From the NCBI GenBank assembly GCA_023380635.1, contig JAMCRP010000001.1, positions 247,911-311,910 of the forward strand: 64,000 nt of DNA, written 5' to 3'. The translations under genes were made by a program, and so were the position numbers. Origin of the DNA: Patescibacteria group bacterium (GTDB lineage: Bacteria > Patescibacteriota > Microgenomatia > JAMCZE01). The notes under the pieces were generated by a model that was not told where the DNA came from, ran no database searches, and saw only the letters and a list, made by a program, of their open reading frames with translations. Shown in pieces: positions 38,579 through 47,770 of this stretch (positions are counted from its first letter, which is position 1; the number at the start of each line of letters is the position of its first letter).

Positions 38579-39298
38579 TTAGAAAAACTTGAGAATTTTG
38601 GCTTGGGATTTGAGAGAGGAAAAGTATTGCTGAAGGATGGTGTTTTGTTTCTGGTTGGTTAAATCCGTTTTGGCTTCTTCCCGTAACCCAGCCTCATCAG
38701 TTGCCGTCATGGACGCGCGGTTTTTGTCAATGTAGTCAGAAATTTCCTGATCGGAAACCTGGACCTTGCCGGCTGTCAGTTTTTCCAGCATCAACTGTAA
38801 TTCAACCCGATGACGGAAATCAGCCACTGTTTCACCCTGTTGGGCCAAGGCATCCTGCAAAGAAATTTGCCCGTTTAAAGTTTTTTCAATCGAAGCAATC
38901 TTGGTCTCAATTTCTGCCGGCGTCACGGTAATTTTATTTTTGGCTGCTGCCTGACGAATCAACATTTCCCCAACCATCTCGTCAAGAGTGGCATCGCCGT
39001 ACTGGCTTTCAAGTTGCTTATCAAGACTAAGACGCATAATCGGCTGGTTATTCACCATCGCCGCCACAAACATGCCCTTATTGCGGTAAAGCAAGAGAGC
39101 CAACACGATTAACAATAATCCCAAAACGGCAAAGCGGGAGAAATTTCTGGGAAGAGAAACCCTGCGGGCGGAAACTTTTTCTACCGGAGCAGCCATTGCT
39201 GTCGCCTTAGAAAGATTAGCAGCTCTGACGGAATTTTGACGGGAAACTTTTTTCGCGGCAGAAGTTTTCGCTGATGTTTTTTTTGCAACCCTTGGCAT
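38579..39298 (-). CDS. SurA/PrsA N-terminal-domain chaperone without a PPIase domain
   Basis: Basic N-terminal tail, TM, AAMVNNQPI, LIRQAA..NKITVT..EI, LKSQAKI. Confidence 0.75.
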   Translation of the reverse strand: MPRVAKKTSAKTSAAKKVSRQNSVRAANLSKATAMAAPVEKVSARRVSLPRNFSRFAVLGLLLIVLALLLYRNKGMFVAAMVNNQPIMRLSLDKQLESQYGDATLDEMVGEMLIRQAAAKNKITVTPAEIETKIASIEKTLNGQISLQDALAQQGETVADFRHRVELQLMLEKLTAGKVQVSDQEISDYIDKNRASMTATDEAGLREEAKTDLTNQKQNTILQQYFSSLKSQAKILKFF

Positions 39299-39316
39299 GA
39301 TTGCCTGTATTTTCGG

Positions 39317-39454
39317 CTATCGGCCTGATTTCGTCAAGGGAGCAGTTTGGGTCCCCAGAACTTCGCCGGAATTGGCTGACGGAAGAAAATTATCTGCTTT
39401 TGCAAATATCACCAATATTAAGCAAATTAAAAACCAGATAATAATCTTTCGCAC
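39317..39454 (-). CDS. Putative 45-aa secreted or membrane peptide ending in a GEVLG motif
   Basis: Manual translation from GTG: MRKIIIWFLICLILVIFAKADNFLPSANSGEVLGTQTAPLTKSGR. TAAAAT lies 6 nt upstream. Confidence 0.5.
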   Translation of the reverse strand: MRKIIIWFLICLILVIFAKADNFLPSANSGEVLGTQTAPLTKSGR

Positions 39455-39475
39455 TTTAATATTTTAACTCTCTGG

Positions 39476-41011
39476 TCAACCGTAAATTTTATTGTCTTCT
39501 TCCTTTTGCCGAAAACCCAAAGCTTCGGCCACATGAGTTTTTTCAATATTCTCCGAACCAGCTAAATCCGCAATGGTCCGGGCCACTTTTATAACCCGGT
39601 GAAAACCCCGGCCAGAAAGGTTTAAAGCAGCCACTGCTTGTGTCAGCAGGGCCGTAGTTTCTTCGTCTAACGGGCAGAAAATTTTAACCGCTTTGGCTGA
39701 GAGTTCCGCATTGCAGGTAATCCCGGTATTTTTATACCGCTCTTGTTGCCTCTCCCGGGCTTTTTGAACATTGTTTCGGATTTCCGCGGAGCTTTTCCCG
39801 GGTTCCAAATCGGTTAATTTTTCCGGCGGAATAGTAGCGCAGAAAACATGCAAATCAATCCGGTCCAGGAGTGGTCCGGAAAGGCGTTTTTTGTAAGCGA
39901 CGATCTGATGCGCCGTACAAATACATTTTTTCTTGGTGTCATTTAAGTTACCGCAGGGACAGGGGTTGGAAGCGGCAACCAGAATGAATTTAGCCGGAAA
40001 CTGGCTGGTCCCCGCCGCCCGAGAAACGGTTACAAAACCGTCTTCGAGGGGCTGGCGCATGGCTTCTAAAACCTGGCGGGGAAATTCGGCAATTTCGTCC
40101 AAAAACAAGACACCCCGGTGTGCCAGAGAAATTTCACCGGGTTTAGGATGAGTTCCGCCGCCGATTAAGCCCACATGGGAAGTGGTGTGGTGAGGGCTAC
40201 GAAACGGCCGTTTTTTAACAATTGGATTATCCGCAGGTAAAAGACCGTTAATGCTATAAATTTTTGTAACCTCAATAGCTTCTTCCTCGGTCAGTTTCGG
40301 TAAAATTGACGGGAAAGTCCGCGCCATTAAGGTTTTACCCGATCCCGGGCTGCCAGTCATGAGACAATTGTGTCCTCCGGCTGCGGCAATTTCCAAAGCT
40401 CGGCGTGCTGATTCCTGACCGCGGACATCCGCAAAATCAAATTCGTAATTTTCCTCCACTGTAAAATCGAGCTTTTCTTTAGGTACCGGACTGATTGTTT
40501 CTATCCCTAAAATGTGGTCGACAAGCTGTTTTAGTGAAGATACTGGATAGACATCCACTTCATTAACAATGGCCGCCTCCCTGGCGTTTATCGCCGGCAC
40601 AAAGACCCGTTTAAATTTTTTCTCTTTGGCTAAAAGGGCAATGGGTAACACTCCGGGGGTGGAACGCAGCTCTCCATCCAACGATAGTTCCCCCAAATAA
40701 AGGGTGTCCGCAGAGTTTTCTTTAAGAGAACCATTAGCCAAAAGCAAGCCGACAGCAATCGGCAAATCATAAATAGCCCCTTCTTTCGGCAAGTCAGCCG
40801 GCGCCAGATTAACAGTTATTCGGTGGGTAGGAAAATCCAGGCCGGAGTTATTAATGGCTGATCGTACCCTCTCCCGCGCTTCTTCGACCGCTTTATCTGC
40901 CAATCCCACTATTTGGAAACTGGGAAGAGCCCGGGACGCAACATCAACTTCAACAGTGATTAGTATCGAATCCAGTCCCAAAACCGCCCCGGAAAAAACT
41001 TTGGCTAGCAC
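39476..41011 (-). CDS. comM: YifB/ComM Mg-chelatase-like AAA+ ATPase
   Basis: ITVNLAPADLPKEG, GSPGSGKT, RPFRSPHHT, GEISLAHRGVLFLDE, SGPLLDRID. Confidence 0.93.
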   Translation of the reverse strand: MLAKVFSGAVLGLDSILITVEVDVASRALPSFQIVGLADKAVEEARERVRSAINNSGLDFPTHRITVNLAPADLPKEGAIYDLPIAVGLLLANGSLKENSADTLYLGELSLDGELRSTPGVLPIALLAKEKKFKRVFVPAINAREAAIVNEVDVYPVSSLKQLVDHILGIETISPVPKEKLDFTVEENYEFDFADVRGQESARRALEIAAAGGHNCLMTGSPGSGKTLMARTFPSILPKLTEEEAIEVTKIYSINGLLPADNPIVKKRPFRSPHHTTSHVGLIGGGTHPKPGEISLAHRGVLFLDEIAEFPRQVLEAMRQPLEDGFVTVSRAAGTSQFPAKFILVAASNPCPCGNLNDTKKKCICTAHQIVAYKKRLSGPLLDRIDLHVFCATIPPEKLTDLEPGKSSAEIRNNVQKARERQQERYKNTGITCNAELSAKAVKIFCPLDEETTALLTQAVAALNLSGRGFHRVIKVARTIADLAGSENIEKTHVAEALGFRQKEEDNKIYG

Positions 41012-41044
41012 TACATAAATAGTAGCATAAAGAAGAAAAAAGAG

Positions 41045-41346
41045 GCTCTCTAAGACGAGTAAGCCAGATTCTGTTTTAGCAACATCTATCTATGCCCAAC
41101 TACTTCGGCCACCAGGAAGCTGTGGTCTTGGCCATTCGGTTGGTTGCAGCGGGGGGAATTGCTTCGTTGCACCCCTCTGATAGTTTTAGGCTACCAGAAG
41201 ACTCGTCTCTGTAGCTTCACCGTCCGCGTACATGAATTGTACGTGGCCCCGGAAATTAATCCGGGCACCCTGCTTCCTGCTGTCTGGACTTTCCTCCCGC
41301 CACAACTTCGCAGATGTTGGCGGGTAGTTGCCCTGTCTTAGAGAGC
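41045..41346 (-). ncRNA. rnpB: RNase P RNA, compact (about 300 nt)
   Basis: Minus strand carries GAGGAAAGUCC and ACAGAAUCUGGCUUA (the P4 halves). A 12-bp P1 helix joins the ends. TATAAT lies 6 nt upstream and a U-tract downstream. Confidence 0.95.
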
Positions 41347-41353
41347 AGGGTAA

Positions 41354-42373
41354 TTATACCATATTTGCGCCCCAAATATGGTTGATAATCACTTTGATGG
41401 AGGCCACTACCGGCACGGCCAAAACATAGCCCACCACTCCGAATAAATGCCCTCCGGCCAGCACGGCAAACATTACCAGTAGTGGATGCAGTTTGGTCGC
41501 CCGGCCCATAACCTGCGGGATGATAAACAAGTCCTCGGCCTGACGCAAGACGGTATATAAACTAATAACGGCAATAACATCCAAAAAAGGAACCGGTCCA
41601 AGCCGGGAAAATTGATCAGTAAAAGCAACAATTGTGGCGACAGCTGCTGCCATTACCGGCCCGATAAGGGGGACAATTTCCGCAAACCCGGTAAAAATTG
41701 CCAAAATCAGAGCATAACGTACCCCGATTAAAATTAGTCCGATATAAGTGAAGACCGCCATAATAGCAATTAAAAGTAGCTGCCCGCGTAAATAATTTCC
41801 CAGAACCTGGTTTATTTTTGCCAGAATTTCCGTCCCTTCTTCACGGGTTTTTGCCGGCAAAAAGTTCAGGAGGTTTTTTTGGAAGCTGTGACCGTCTTTA
41901 AGAAAATAAAAAGCGGCTACCAGAAAGACCAAAAGAGACACCGTCCGGTTTAAAGCTCCGGGAAGGTATGCCGTTACCCTCCGGTTAGGTAAAAGCAAAG
42001 AGGCCCGCACCGACTCAAAAGCATCCAGGGCAAACGGCTGAAGCCATTCCGGCAGGAGAGTAATCTGGGAATTAGTCTGGCGGATAAAATTACGGGCTTC
42101 AGCAGCAAACTCGTCAGATTCCTGACCGAAACGGACACCAACATTTATCGCTATGGCTGCCAAACCGCCGATAATCAGAATATATATCAAAGCGATGGCC
42201 AGGGGCCGCGGGAGTTTCAGCCGGTGGGTTAAAAAAGTGACCAGGGGGTTAAGTAAATAAGCGAAAATCGCGGCCAGAATAAAAGGCATGAGCACTGACC
42301 GGACGGCATAAAGAACCGCCAGCAGGGCCAGTCCGAAAATAATATACAGCAAATGACGCCGCTCTATCTTCAT
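41354..42373 (-). CDS. AI-2E/PerM family transporter
   Basis: PFILAAIFAYLLNP, YLRGQL, VPLIGP, PQVMG, LHP, LAVP. Confidence 0.9.
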   Translation of the reverse strand: MKIERRHLLYIIFGLALLAVLYAVRSVLMPFILAAIFAYLLNPLVTFLTHRLKLPRPLAIALIYILIIGGLAAIAINVGVRFGQESDEFAAEARNFIRQTNSQITLLPEWLQPFALDAFESVRASLLLPNRRVTAYLPGALNRTVSLLVFLVAAFYFLKDGHSFQKNLLNFLPAKTREEGTEILAKINQVLGNYLRGQLLLIAIMAVFTYIGLILIGVRYALILAIFTGFAEIVPLIGPVMAAAVATIVAFTDQFSRLGPVPFLDVIAVISLYTVLRQAEDLFIIPQVMGRATKLHPLLVMFAVLAGGHLFGVVGYVLAVPVVASIKVIINHIWGANMV

Positions 42374-43404
42374 GTTTTATGAAACTTCTGTAGAATTATA
42401 TCCCAAACTCCCTTGCCGTGCAGAAACGAGACCAACGAGCCAATTAAAAACAGACTTCCCAGACCAATCAGGGCCAAAGGAATTTTATCGGTCGAAGAAT
42501 CGATTTTAACCGTTTCTACGGCTGCCGGCGTCGATACTTTCTTTGGTTTGGCGCTTTCTGTTCCCAAAACTGCGCTTTCCGAAGTCTTCGCAGTCACTAA
42601 CACCGGTATTTTTACCAGCTTGATGGTTTTGGCTTCTGACTCAAAAAAATCCTCAGCATCTTTTTTCCTCATCCTGATCCGGATCTCATAGTTTCCGGCG
42701 TCTTTATCTTCAGAAACTATCCCCCACGCCTCGCCGTGATAATCCCCGGTGTTGCCGGTAGTAATCAGGGGAAATTTCACCCAGGCCTCATTATCTGACA
42801 AATAAGCCGAACCATTTTTCGTCCGGACTCCGCGGACTTTAAGATAATACTGTTTATTGGCTTCAAAATTTTTTAAATTGACAGAGACTTTAAAAACCTC
42901 GCCGAGATTGCCTTGAACCGGGGGACTAAAGGTAATTTCCGGCAATGGAGTTTGGACGATAGTTACAGTATTGTTATTTTGGCTATTATTGTTGTTACTA
43001 TCCTGGGCCGCACTATCCTGAACCGGGGCGGCGTTGATCTGGATTGCGACCGCATCCGAGTCACCATAATCCCGAAGCCTCAAAACAAGAAGGTTATTGC
43101 CAGTAAAGGCAGAGCTTCCCGGGCGTCCGGTCACCATCCCGTTCCAGACACCAAAAGTGTCTGTCGTAAATGCAGGAAAACCGGCCCAGGCATCGTTGTC
43201 TGACAGCCAATCGCCCGAAGAACTCCTGGTTTGCCCCCGGGTCATGGAACCGGATGTGGTTCCGATCCGAAGCTTGAGAGTATAGCTAGAACTGGCTGCC
43301 AGACCGGAAATCGAAGCGGCTACGGAAAATGGTTCACCAATGGTTAAAGCGGCAGACGGAGTGCTGATGATTATGGCCGCCAACAATGCCAAAGCAATAG
43401 GCAT
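42370..43404 (-). CDS. Secreted protein with two tandem homologous beta-rich domains and a C-terminal TM anchor
   Basis: Signal peptide, duplicated LSDN[DE]AW..FP..TT motif, C-terminal hydrophobic segment. Confidence 0.65.
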   Translation of the reverse strand: MPIALALLAAIIISTPSAALTIGEPFSVAASISGLAASSSYTLKLRIGTTSGSMTRGQTRSSSGDWLSDNDAWAGFPAFTTDTFGVWNGMVTGRPGSSAFTGNNLLVLRLRDYGDSDAVAIQINAAPVQDSAAQDSNNNNSQNNNTVTIVQTPLPEITFSPPVQGNLGEVFKVSVNLKNFEANKQYYLKVRGVRTKNGSAYLSDNEAWVKFPLITTGNTGDYHGEAWGIVSEDKDAGNYEIRIRMRKKDAEDFFESEAKTIKLVKIPVLVTAKTSESAVLGTESAKPKKVSTPAAVETVKIDSSTDKIPLALIGLGSLFLIGSLVSFLHGKGVWDIILQKFHKT

Positions 43405-43451
43405 TAAAATTAGTATGCTTTATGACCAACATAAATGCAAATATCGGAAGC

Positions 43452-44654
43452 TTAATTCTGACGGACCGTATCAATTTCTGAAATACTGTTAATCGAGTAC
43501 TTGGAAGTGAAAGAAATGTCTTTGCCGTTTTCGACATAAGGATCATTCATTTTGTAATCTCCATTTGAACCGCTGACCAAAACCACAAAGTGAGACGGCC
43601 CGGCCCCGATTCCTACTATAACCGGTTTACCTGAAGATAATTCGCCGTCAATTTGCGAATAGGAAATTCCTTCACGCCGCCACGATCCGCCGGCATTAAT
43701 AGTTTTATTCAAAAAGGCCGGATAATAAATCGCGAAATTTGAGGAATCATTATTGATGGTTACCGGCGTAACATCTTTATGACCATAATGGGTAATCACC
43801 ATTGCCATCGAAGTCACAAGACATCCGCTGTTGGCCAAGGTGTAACCGGTATGATTGAGGGCCATTGCTCCCCAACTGCTATCACGCTGGTTGTAGTAGC
43901 AACCCCAATCATCACATTTCGTCTGATTGGAGAGTAAACTGTCGCCGCCTTCCAGGTTTACAAAAGAGTTAAAAGCTGCCAGTTGCGCTTTTGCCTGAGC
44001 CAAAAGCTGCTGATAACGCGACTCGTCATTTTGCGTTTCAGTTAAAAGCTGCTGTTTGTCGCGGTTTTCGTGATCGAGCTCGATTTTTTGAGATTGCAGC
44101 TGAGCCGAAAGAATTTCCTGTTGTTTTTTTACTTGCTCCAGTTCCGTTTTCTGATCGTTATAGTTCTTCCGGCTGGCAGCCATCTGAACCATTACCTGTT
44201 TATCGTGCTTTTGGACAATACGCATGTATTCAAACCGCTGAAAGAAATCCTGAAAATCCGAGGCCGAGAGTAAATACAGCACCGGGTCAGTGCGGCCCTC
44301 GACATATGTCTGGACAATTCTGTTAGCCAAAATGTCGCTTACCTGGTTTAAGGTGCCTTCCAAAACCGTGATTTTTCCGGTAACGCTGGCAATATTTTCA
44401 TTTAGTCGATCCAATTTATCCTGAGTAACAGTAATCTGTGATTTTGTTCGGGAAATTTTAGTGTTAATTAAGTCAATCTGGGAAGAGAGGGTTTTCTCCT
44501 GACTTTGGGTATCAGAAATCTTTTGGGTATAGCAGTCAACCTTGCTTTGGCCGGAAAGCGAAACGCAGGAATCGTCAGCCAAAACAATACTCCGGGCAAG
44601 AAAAAATGCCGATATTAATAGCAGAAAGCAAGTTAGCCTTTTAAGTAGCGCCAT
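43452..44654 (-). CDS. PcsB/CwlO-like coiled-coil protein with a C-terminal C39-like cysteine peptidase
   Basis: Long coiled coil with LLSASDFQDF, then YNQRDSSW, SGCLVTS, HFVVL and NDP; follows ftsX. Confidence 0.8.
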   Translation of the reverse strand: MALLKRLTCFLLLISAFFLARSIVLADDSCVSLSGQSKVDCYTQKISDTQSQEKTLSSQIDLINTKISRTKSQITVTQDKLDRLNENIASVTGKITVLEGTLNQVSDILANRIVQTYVEGRTDPVLYLLSASDFQDFFQRFEYMRIVQKHDKQVMVQMAASRKNYNDQKTELEQVKKQQEILSAQLQSQKIELDHENRDKQQLLTETQNDESRYQQLLAQAKAQLAAFNSFVNLEGGDSLLSNQTKCDDWGCYYNQRDSSWGAMALNHTGYTLANSGCLVTSMAMVITHYGHKDVTPVTINNDSSNFAIYYPAFLNKTINAGGSWRREGISYSQIDGELSSGKPVIVGIGAGPSHFVVLVSGSNGDYKMNDPYVENGKDISFTSKYSINSISEIDTVRQN

Positions 44655-45508
44655 ACTGCCAGAAAACTTCCGGTGATCCCGACCAGTCCTCCGCAGATTA
44701 CGGCTCCGCCCAAGATTTCCAGCATAAAAATCGGAGATACCGGCAGCAGCGAGATCCCGGCAAAATAAGGCAGAAGATAGGGTGTTAAGAAATAAAGCAA
44801 GGCGTAAAGCACTGACCAGGAAAACAGAGCTCCGAAAAAGCCGTAGAAAAACCCTTCCAGCAGAAACGGCAGACGAATATAGCCACTGGAAGCTCCTACC
44901 AGCCGCTCCACCTCAATCTCTTCTTTACGCAGCGCAATCTTCATCCCGATTATAGTTAAAATCGTAAACAGCGAAGTGGCTACAAGAAAAGTAATTAGGC
45001 CCAAACCGCCTTTACGGATTTTGTCCAGAACACCAATTAAGGTGTTGACAACATCTTTCTGGTAGGAAATATCCTCAACATTCGGAGCGCTCTTTAAGAT
45101 GTCATAAAGCTGGGGCAGATCAGAAACATTTTTTGCGGAAACTTCCAGGCTGGCCGGCAGGGTATTGGCGGTAACCAGTTCCAAAAGCATCGGGTCAGCT
45201 TTATTGCGCTCTTTATAAATTTCCAGAGCTTGCTCTTTGGAAACAAACTGAATGCTGGCGGCCTTACCGGTATCCTGTAAAGCCGAAACGGTGTCGGCCA
45301 CCTGATCCTGGTTGTTTATCGTGTCGTTAAAGAAAACAATAACTTGAGGTTTTTGCTCCAGGTAACTCAAAAGCTGATGCGAACCCAGAGACAAAAGCAA
45401 GAAAACCAGCCCGACAAAGCTGGTCAGAGTCATGATCATAATAGCCGCTGCTGCCTGATAGGGGCTACGTCTCATGTGCTGCCAGGTGACAGACATCTGA
45501 TGTTTCAT
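44633..45508 (-). CDS. ftsX: Cell division permease FtsX
   Basis: FVSKEQAL, NTLPASLEV, RKEEIEV.RLVGAS..YIRLPFLLEG. Confidence 0.92.
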   Translation of the reverse strand: MKHQMSVTWQHMRRSPYQAAAAIMIMTLTSFVGLVFLLLSLGSHQLLSYLEQKPQVIVFFNDTINNQDQVADTVSALQDTGKAASIQFVSKEQALEIYKERNKADPMLLELVTANTLPASLEVSAKNVSDLPQLYDILKSAPNVEDISYQKDVVNTLIGVLDKIRKGGLGLITFLVATSLFTILTIIGMKIALRKEEIEVERLVGASSGYIRLPFLLEGFFYGFFGALFSWSVLYALLYFLTPYLLPYFAGISLLPVSPIFMLEILGGAVICGGLVGITGSFLAVWRYLKG

Positions 45509-46182
45509 TCGCGATACTTTCCTTTCTTATCCGAAATAATTTTCCCGTCTTTGAGCCGAACCACTCGTTTGTTCAGCTTATCCACAATCTCGGGATTATG
45601 CGTCGCCATGATTACCGTGGTTCCATTATCGTTGATTTGCTCCAGAATTTTAACTATCTTCCAGGCGTTTTCATCATCAACATTACCTGTCGGCTCATCT
45701 GCCAGGAGATACTTTGGGTCTCCGGCCAGCGCCCGGGCAATGGCCGCCCGTTGGAGTTCGCCGCCGGAAAGCTGAGCCGGAAAACAATTAATTTTCTGAC
45801 TCAGGCCTACCAGCTCCAACTTTTCCCGACTTTCAGTATCGACTTCCTTGGCGTTTTTGCCTAAAACCCAAAGCGACAGGGCAACATTTTCCAAAATACT
45901 TCTGTCGTTTAACAGTTTCAGGTCCTGAAAAACGCAACCAATCTTGCGCCTTAGCTGAATAATCTTTCCGCCGTTTATTTTTTTGAGATCATGTTCGTCA
46001 ATTTGAACCTGGCCGGAGCTGGGAAGAAAGTTACGCAGAATCAGCCGTAAAATTGTAGTTTTTCCGGCTCCGCTCGGTCCAACCAGGAAGACAAATTCTC
46101 CATCATTAATTTCCAGATTAATATCGTCGAGGGCTGTGGTACCATCGGGGAACTTTTTGGTAACCGAGTCGAGTTTGATCAT
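45505..46182 (-). CDS. ftsE: Cell division ATP-binding protein FtsE
   Basis: GPSGAGKTT, VFQD, LSGGELQR, ADEPTGN, ATH. Confidence 0.92.
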   Translation of the reverse strand: MIKLDSVTKKFPDGTTALDDINLEINDGEFVFLVGPSGAGKTTILRLILRNFLPSSGQVQIDEHDLKKINGGKIIQLRRKIGCVFQDLKLLNDRSILENVALSLWVLGKNAKEVDTESREKLELVGLSQKINCFPAQLSGGELQRAAIARALAGDPKYLLADEPTGNVDDENAWKIVKILEQINDNGTTVIMATHNPEIVDKLNKRVVRLKDGKIISDKKGKYRE

Positions 46183-46185
46183 TCA

Positions 46186-46683
46186 TTACAAAACTTTAAT
46201 CCGGCCCACATCCATGAGCCAGCCCGCCTTCTGTCCCTGGAAAGTTTCGCCCCAGATCTGGACTTTTTTACCGACATATTTGGATAAATCGATAACCGAG
46301 GAAGTCAGATAAACGTTCTGTGACGGACCACCATCCCGGACAAGGACATGCGTTCCCTCATTAGTAATCTTGCCGTCATTTTCCTGCAAAGTGCCGGTGG
46401 CTGTGTCTTTGAAAGTCGAAGCATCTTTGACTCCTTCCTCTGTCGGTGTCTGGACCACTTCCACATTTTTTCCGGCCAATCGGACCGTTCCGTCAGTATT
46501 TTTGCGATAGAGAAAATAGCCGGATAGCAAACCCAAGAGAATCGGGACCAGAAGGATCAGTAAAACTTTTTTGTCCATCCTTGCCGAATCAATCCTTGGG
46601 ACACCTTTGGTTTGACCGCTTAGCGGTCGAATAATCGGAGTTTCGTCGTTTTGAGCCGGTCTGCTGGTTTTTATTTCTTCCAT
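46186..46683 (-). CDS. Hypothetical single-TM protein with a small beta-rich extracellular domain
   Basis: TM followed by EGTHVLVR...YLTSSVIDLSKYVGKKVQIWGET...AGWLMDVGR. Confidence 0.65.
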   Translation of the reverse strand: MEEIKTSRPAQNDETPIIRPLSGQTKGVPRIDSARMDKKVLLILLVPILLGLLSGYFLYRKNTDGTVRLAGKNVEVVQTPTEEGVKDASTFKDTATGTLQENDGKITNEGTHVLVRDGGPSQNVYLTSSVIDLSKYVGKKVQIWGETFQGQKAGWLMDVGRIKVL

Positions 46684-46704
46684 TTCACTTACATCCGCAT
46701 TTAA

Positions 46705-47715
46705 CTATGCAAAGAAGTGTAGCTCGGCTTGGATGAAGTTGTCAAGGCGGCCATTTAAAATGGCGTCAGTATCGGACTCTTCATAATCTGTGCGCAAGTC
46801 TTTGACTAAATGATACGGGTGCAGGACATAGGAACGAATCTGATTTCCCCAGCCCGGTGTCAGATGAACACCTTTGAGTCGGGCAGCTTCTTCTTTAGTT
46901 TTCTCTTCTTCCAGAGCCAGCAGTTTGGCCTTAAGAATTTTTATGGCAATCTCGCGGTTACGCGATTGGTCTCTTTCTTTCTGGGAAGTTACGACTAAAC
47001 CCGTCGGCTTGTGGGTTAAGCGAACGGCGCTACTGACCTTATTAACATTCTGGCCGCCATGCCCGCCGCTTCTAAAAAAGTCCCAGACCAGATCTTCCTC
47101 CTTGATTGTTCCCTGTTCACTACTTGTCGTATCCTGAAATACCGGCATAACTTCAACTAGAGCAAAGGACGTCTGTCTTAAATGATCGGCATTAAAGGGC
47201 GATTGCCGGACCAGCCGATGGACTCCAGCTTCATGCTTTAATAAACCATATATATTTGAGCCGATTACTTCGAAGGCAACTGTCTTAATTCCCGCTTCTG
47301 AACCCGGTTCGTACTCAATTTCTTCCAGCTTCCAATTTTGTGATTGAACAAATTTTGTATACATTCGGTAAAGCATCTGGGCCCAGTCCATCGCCTCAAC
47401 CCCTCCCTGGCCTGAATGAATAGCGACAATTGCGTTAGAAGTGTCGTATTTTCCGGAAAGATAAAGTAAAGTCTCCAGTTCTTGCACCAATTCCTCAGAT
47501 ATTTCCCCTCTATCCAGTTTTTCCAATTTATTTGTTAGTTCCTGAAGTTGTGCCAGCCTTTTGGTTTTTTCCGTGGCCGCTTCCCGGTTCTGCCAGAATT
47601 CCGGCTTTTCCATTTCCGCTTCCAGTCTCCGCGCTTCCCGCCTTTTTTCATCAGGATTAAGTTTCTCTAAAATTTTCTTAGCTTTTATTTGCAGATCATC
47701 CATAAACGAAGACAT
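46705..47715 (-). CDS. prfB: Peptide chain release factor 2
   Basis: SPF tripeptide, GGHGGQNVN, WGNQIRSYV. One continuous ORF with no programmed frameshift. Confidence 0.95.
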   Translation of the reverse strand: MSSFMDDLQIKAKKILEKLNPDEKRREARRLEAEMEKPEFWQNREAATEKTKRLAQLQELTNKLEKLDRGEISEELVQELETLLYLSGKYDTSNAIVAIHSGQGGVEAMDWAQMLYRMYTKFVQSQNWKLEEIEYEPGSEAGIKTVAFEVIGSNIYGLLKHEAGVHRLVRQSPFNADHLRQTSFALVEVMPVFQDTTSSEQGTIKEEDLVWDFFRSGGHGGQNVNKVSSAVRLTHKPTGLVVTSQKERDQSRNREIAIKILKAKLLALEEEKTKEEAARLKGVHLTPGWGNQIRSYVLHPYHLVKDLRTDYEESDTDAILNGRLDNFIQAELHFFA

Positions 47716-47770
47716 TATATCTTACCTTGGAGATCCCTAGCTATCGCTCGGGATAACCTACTGCGGTGGC

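Noticed and set aside
41144-41341. 65-aa plus-strand ORF
   Set aside because: Lies antisense within the RNase P RNA gene.
47729-47757. Short imperfect palindrome GAGATCCCTAGCTATCGCTCGGGATAAC, REP-like
   Set aside because: Single copy in the window with a weak stem; cannot be called a repeat family without the rest of the genome.
46705-47770. prfB programmed +1 frameshift
   Set aside because: The ORF is continuous from its ATG and no CTTTGA shift site with an upstream short ORF is evident.
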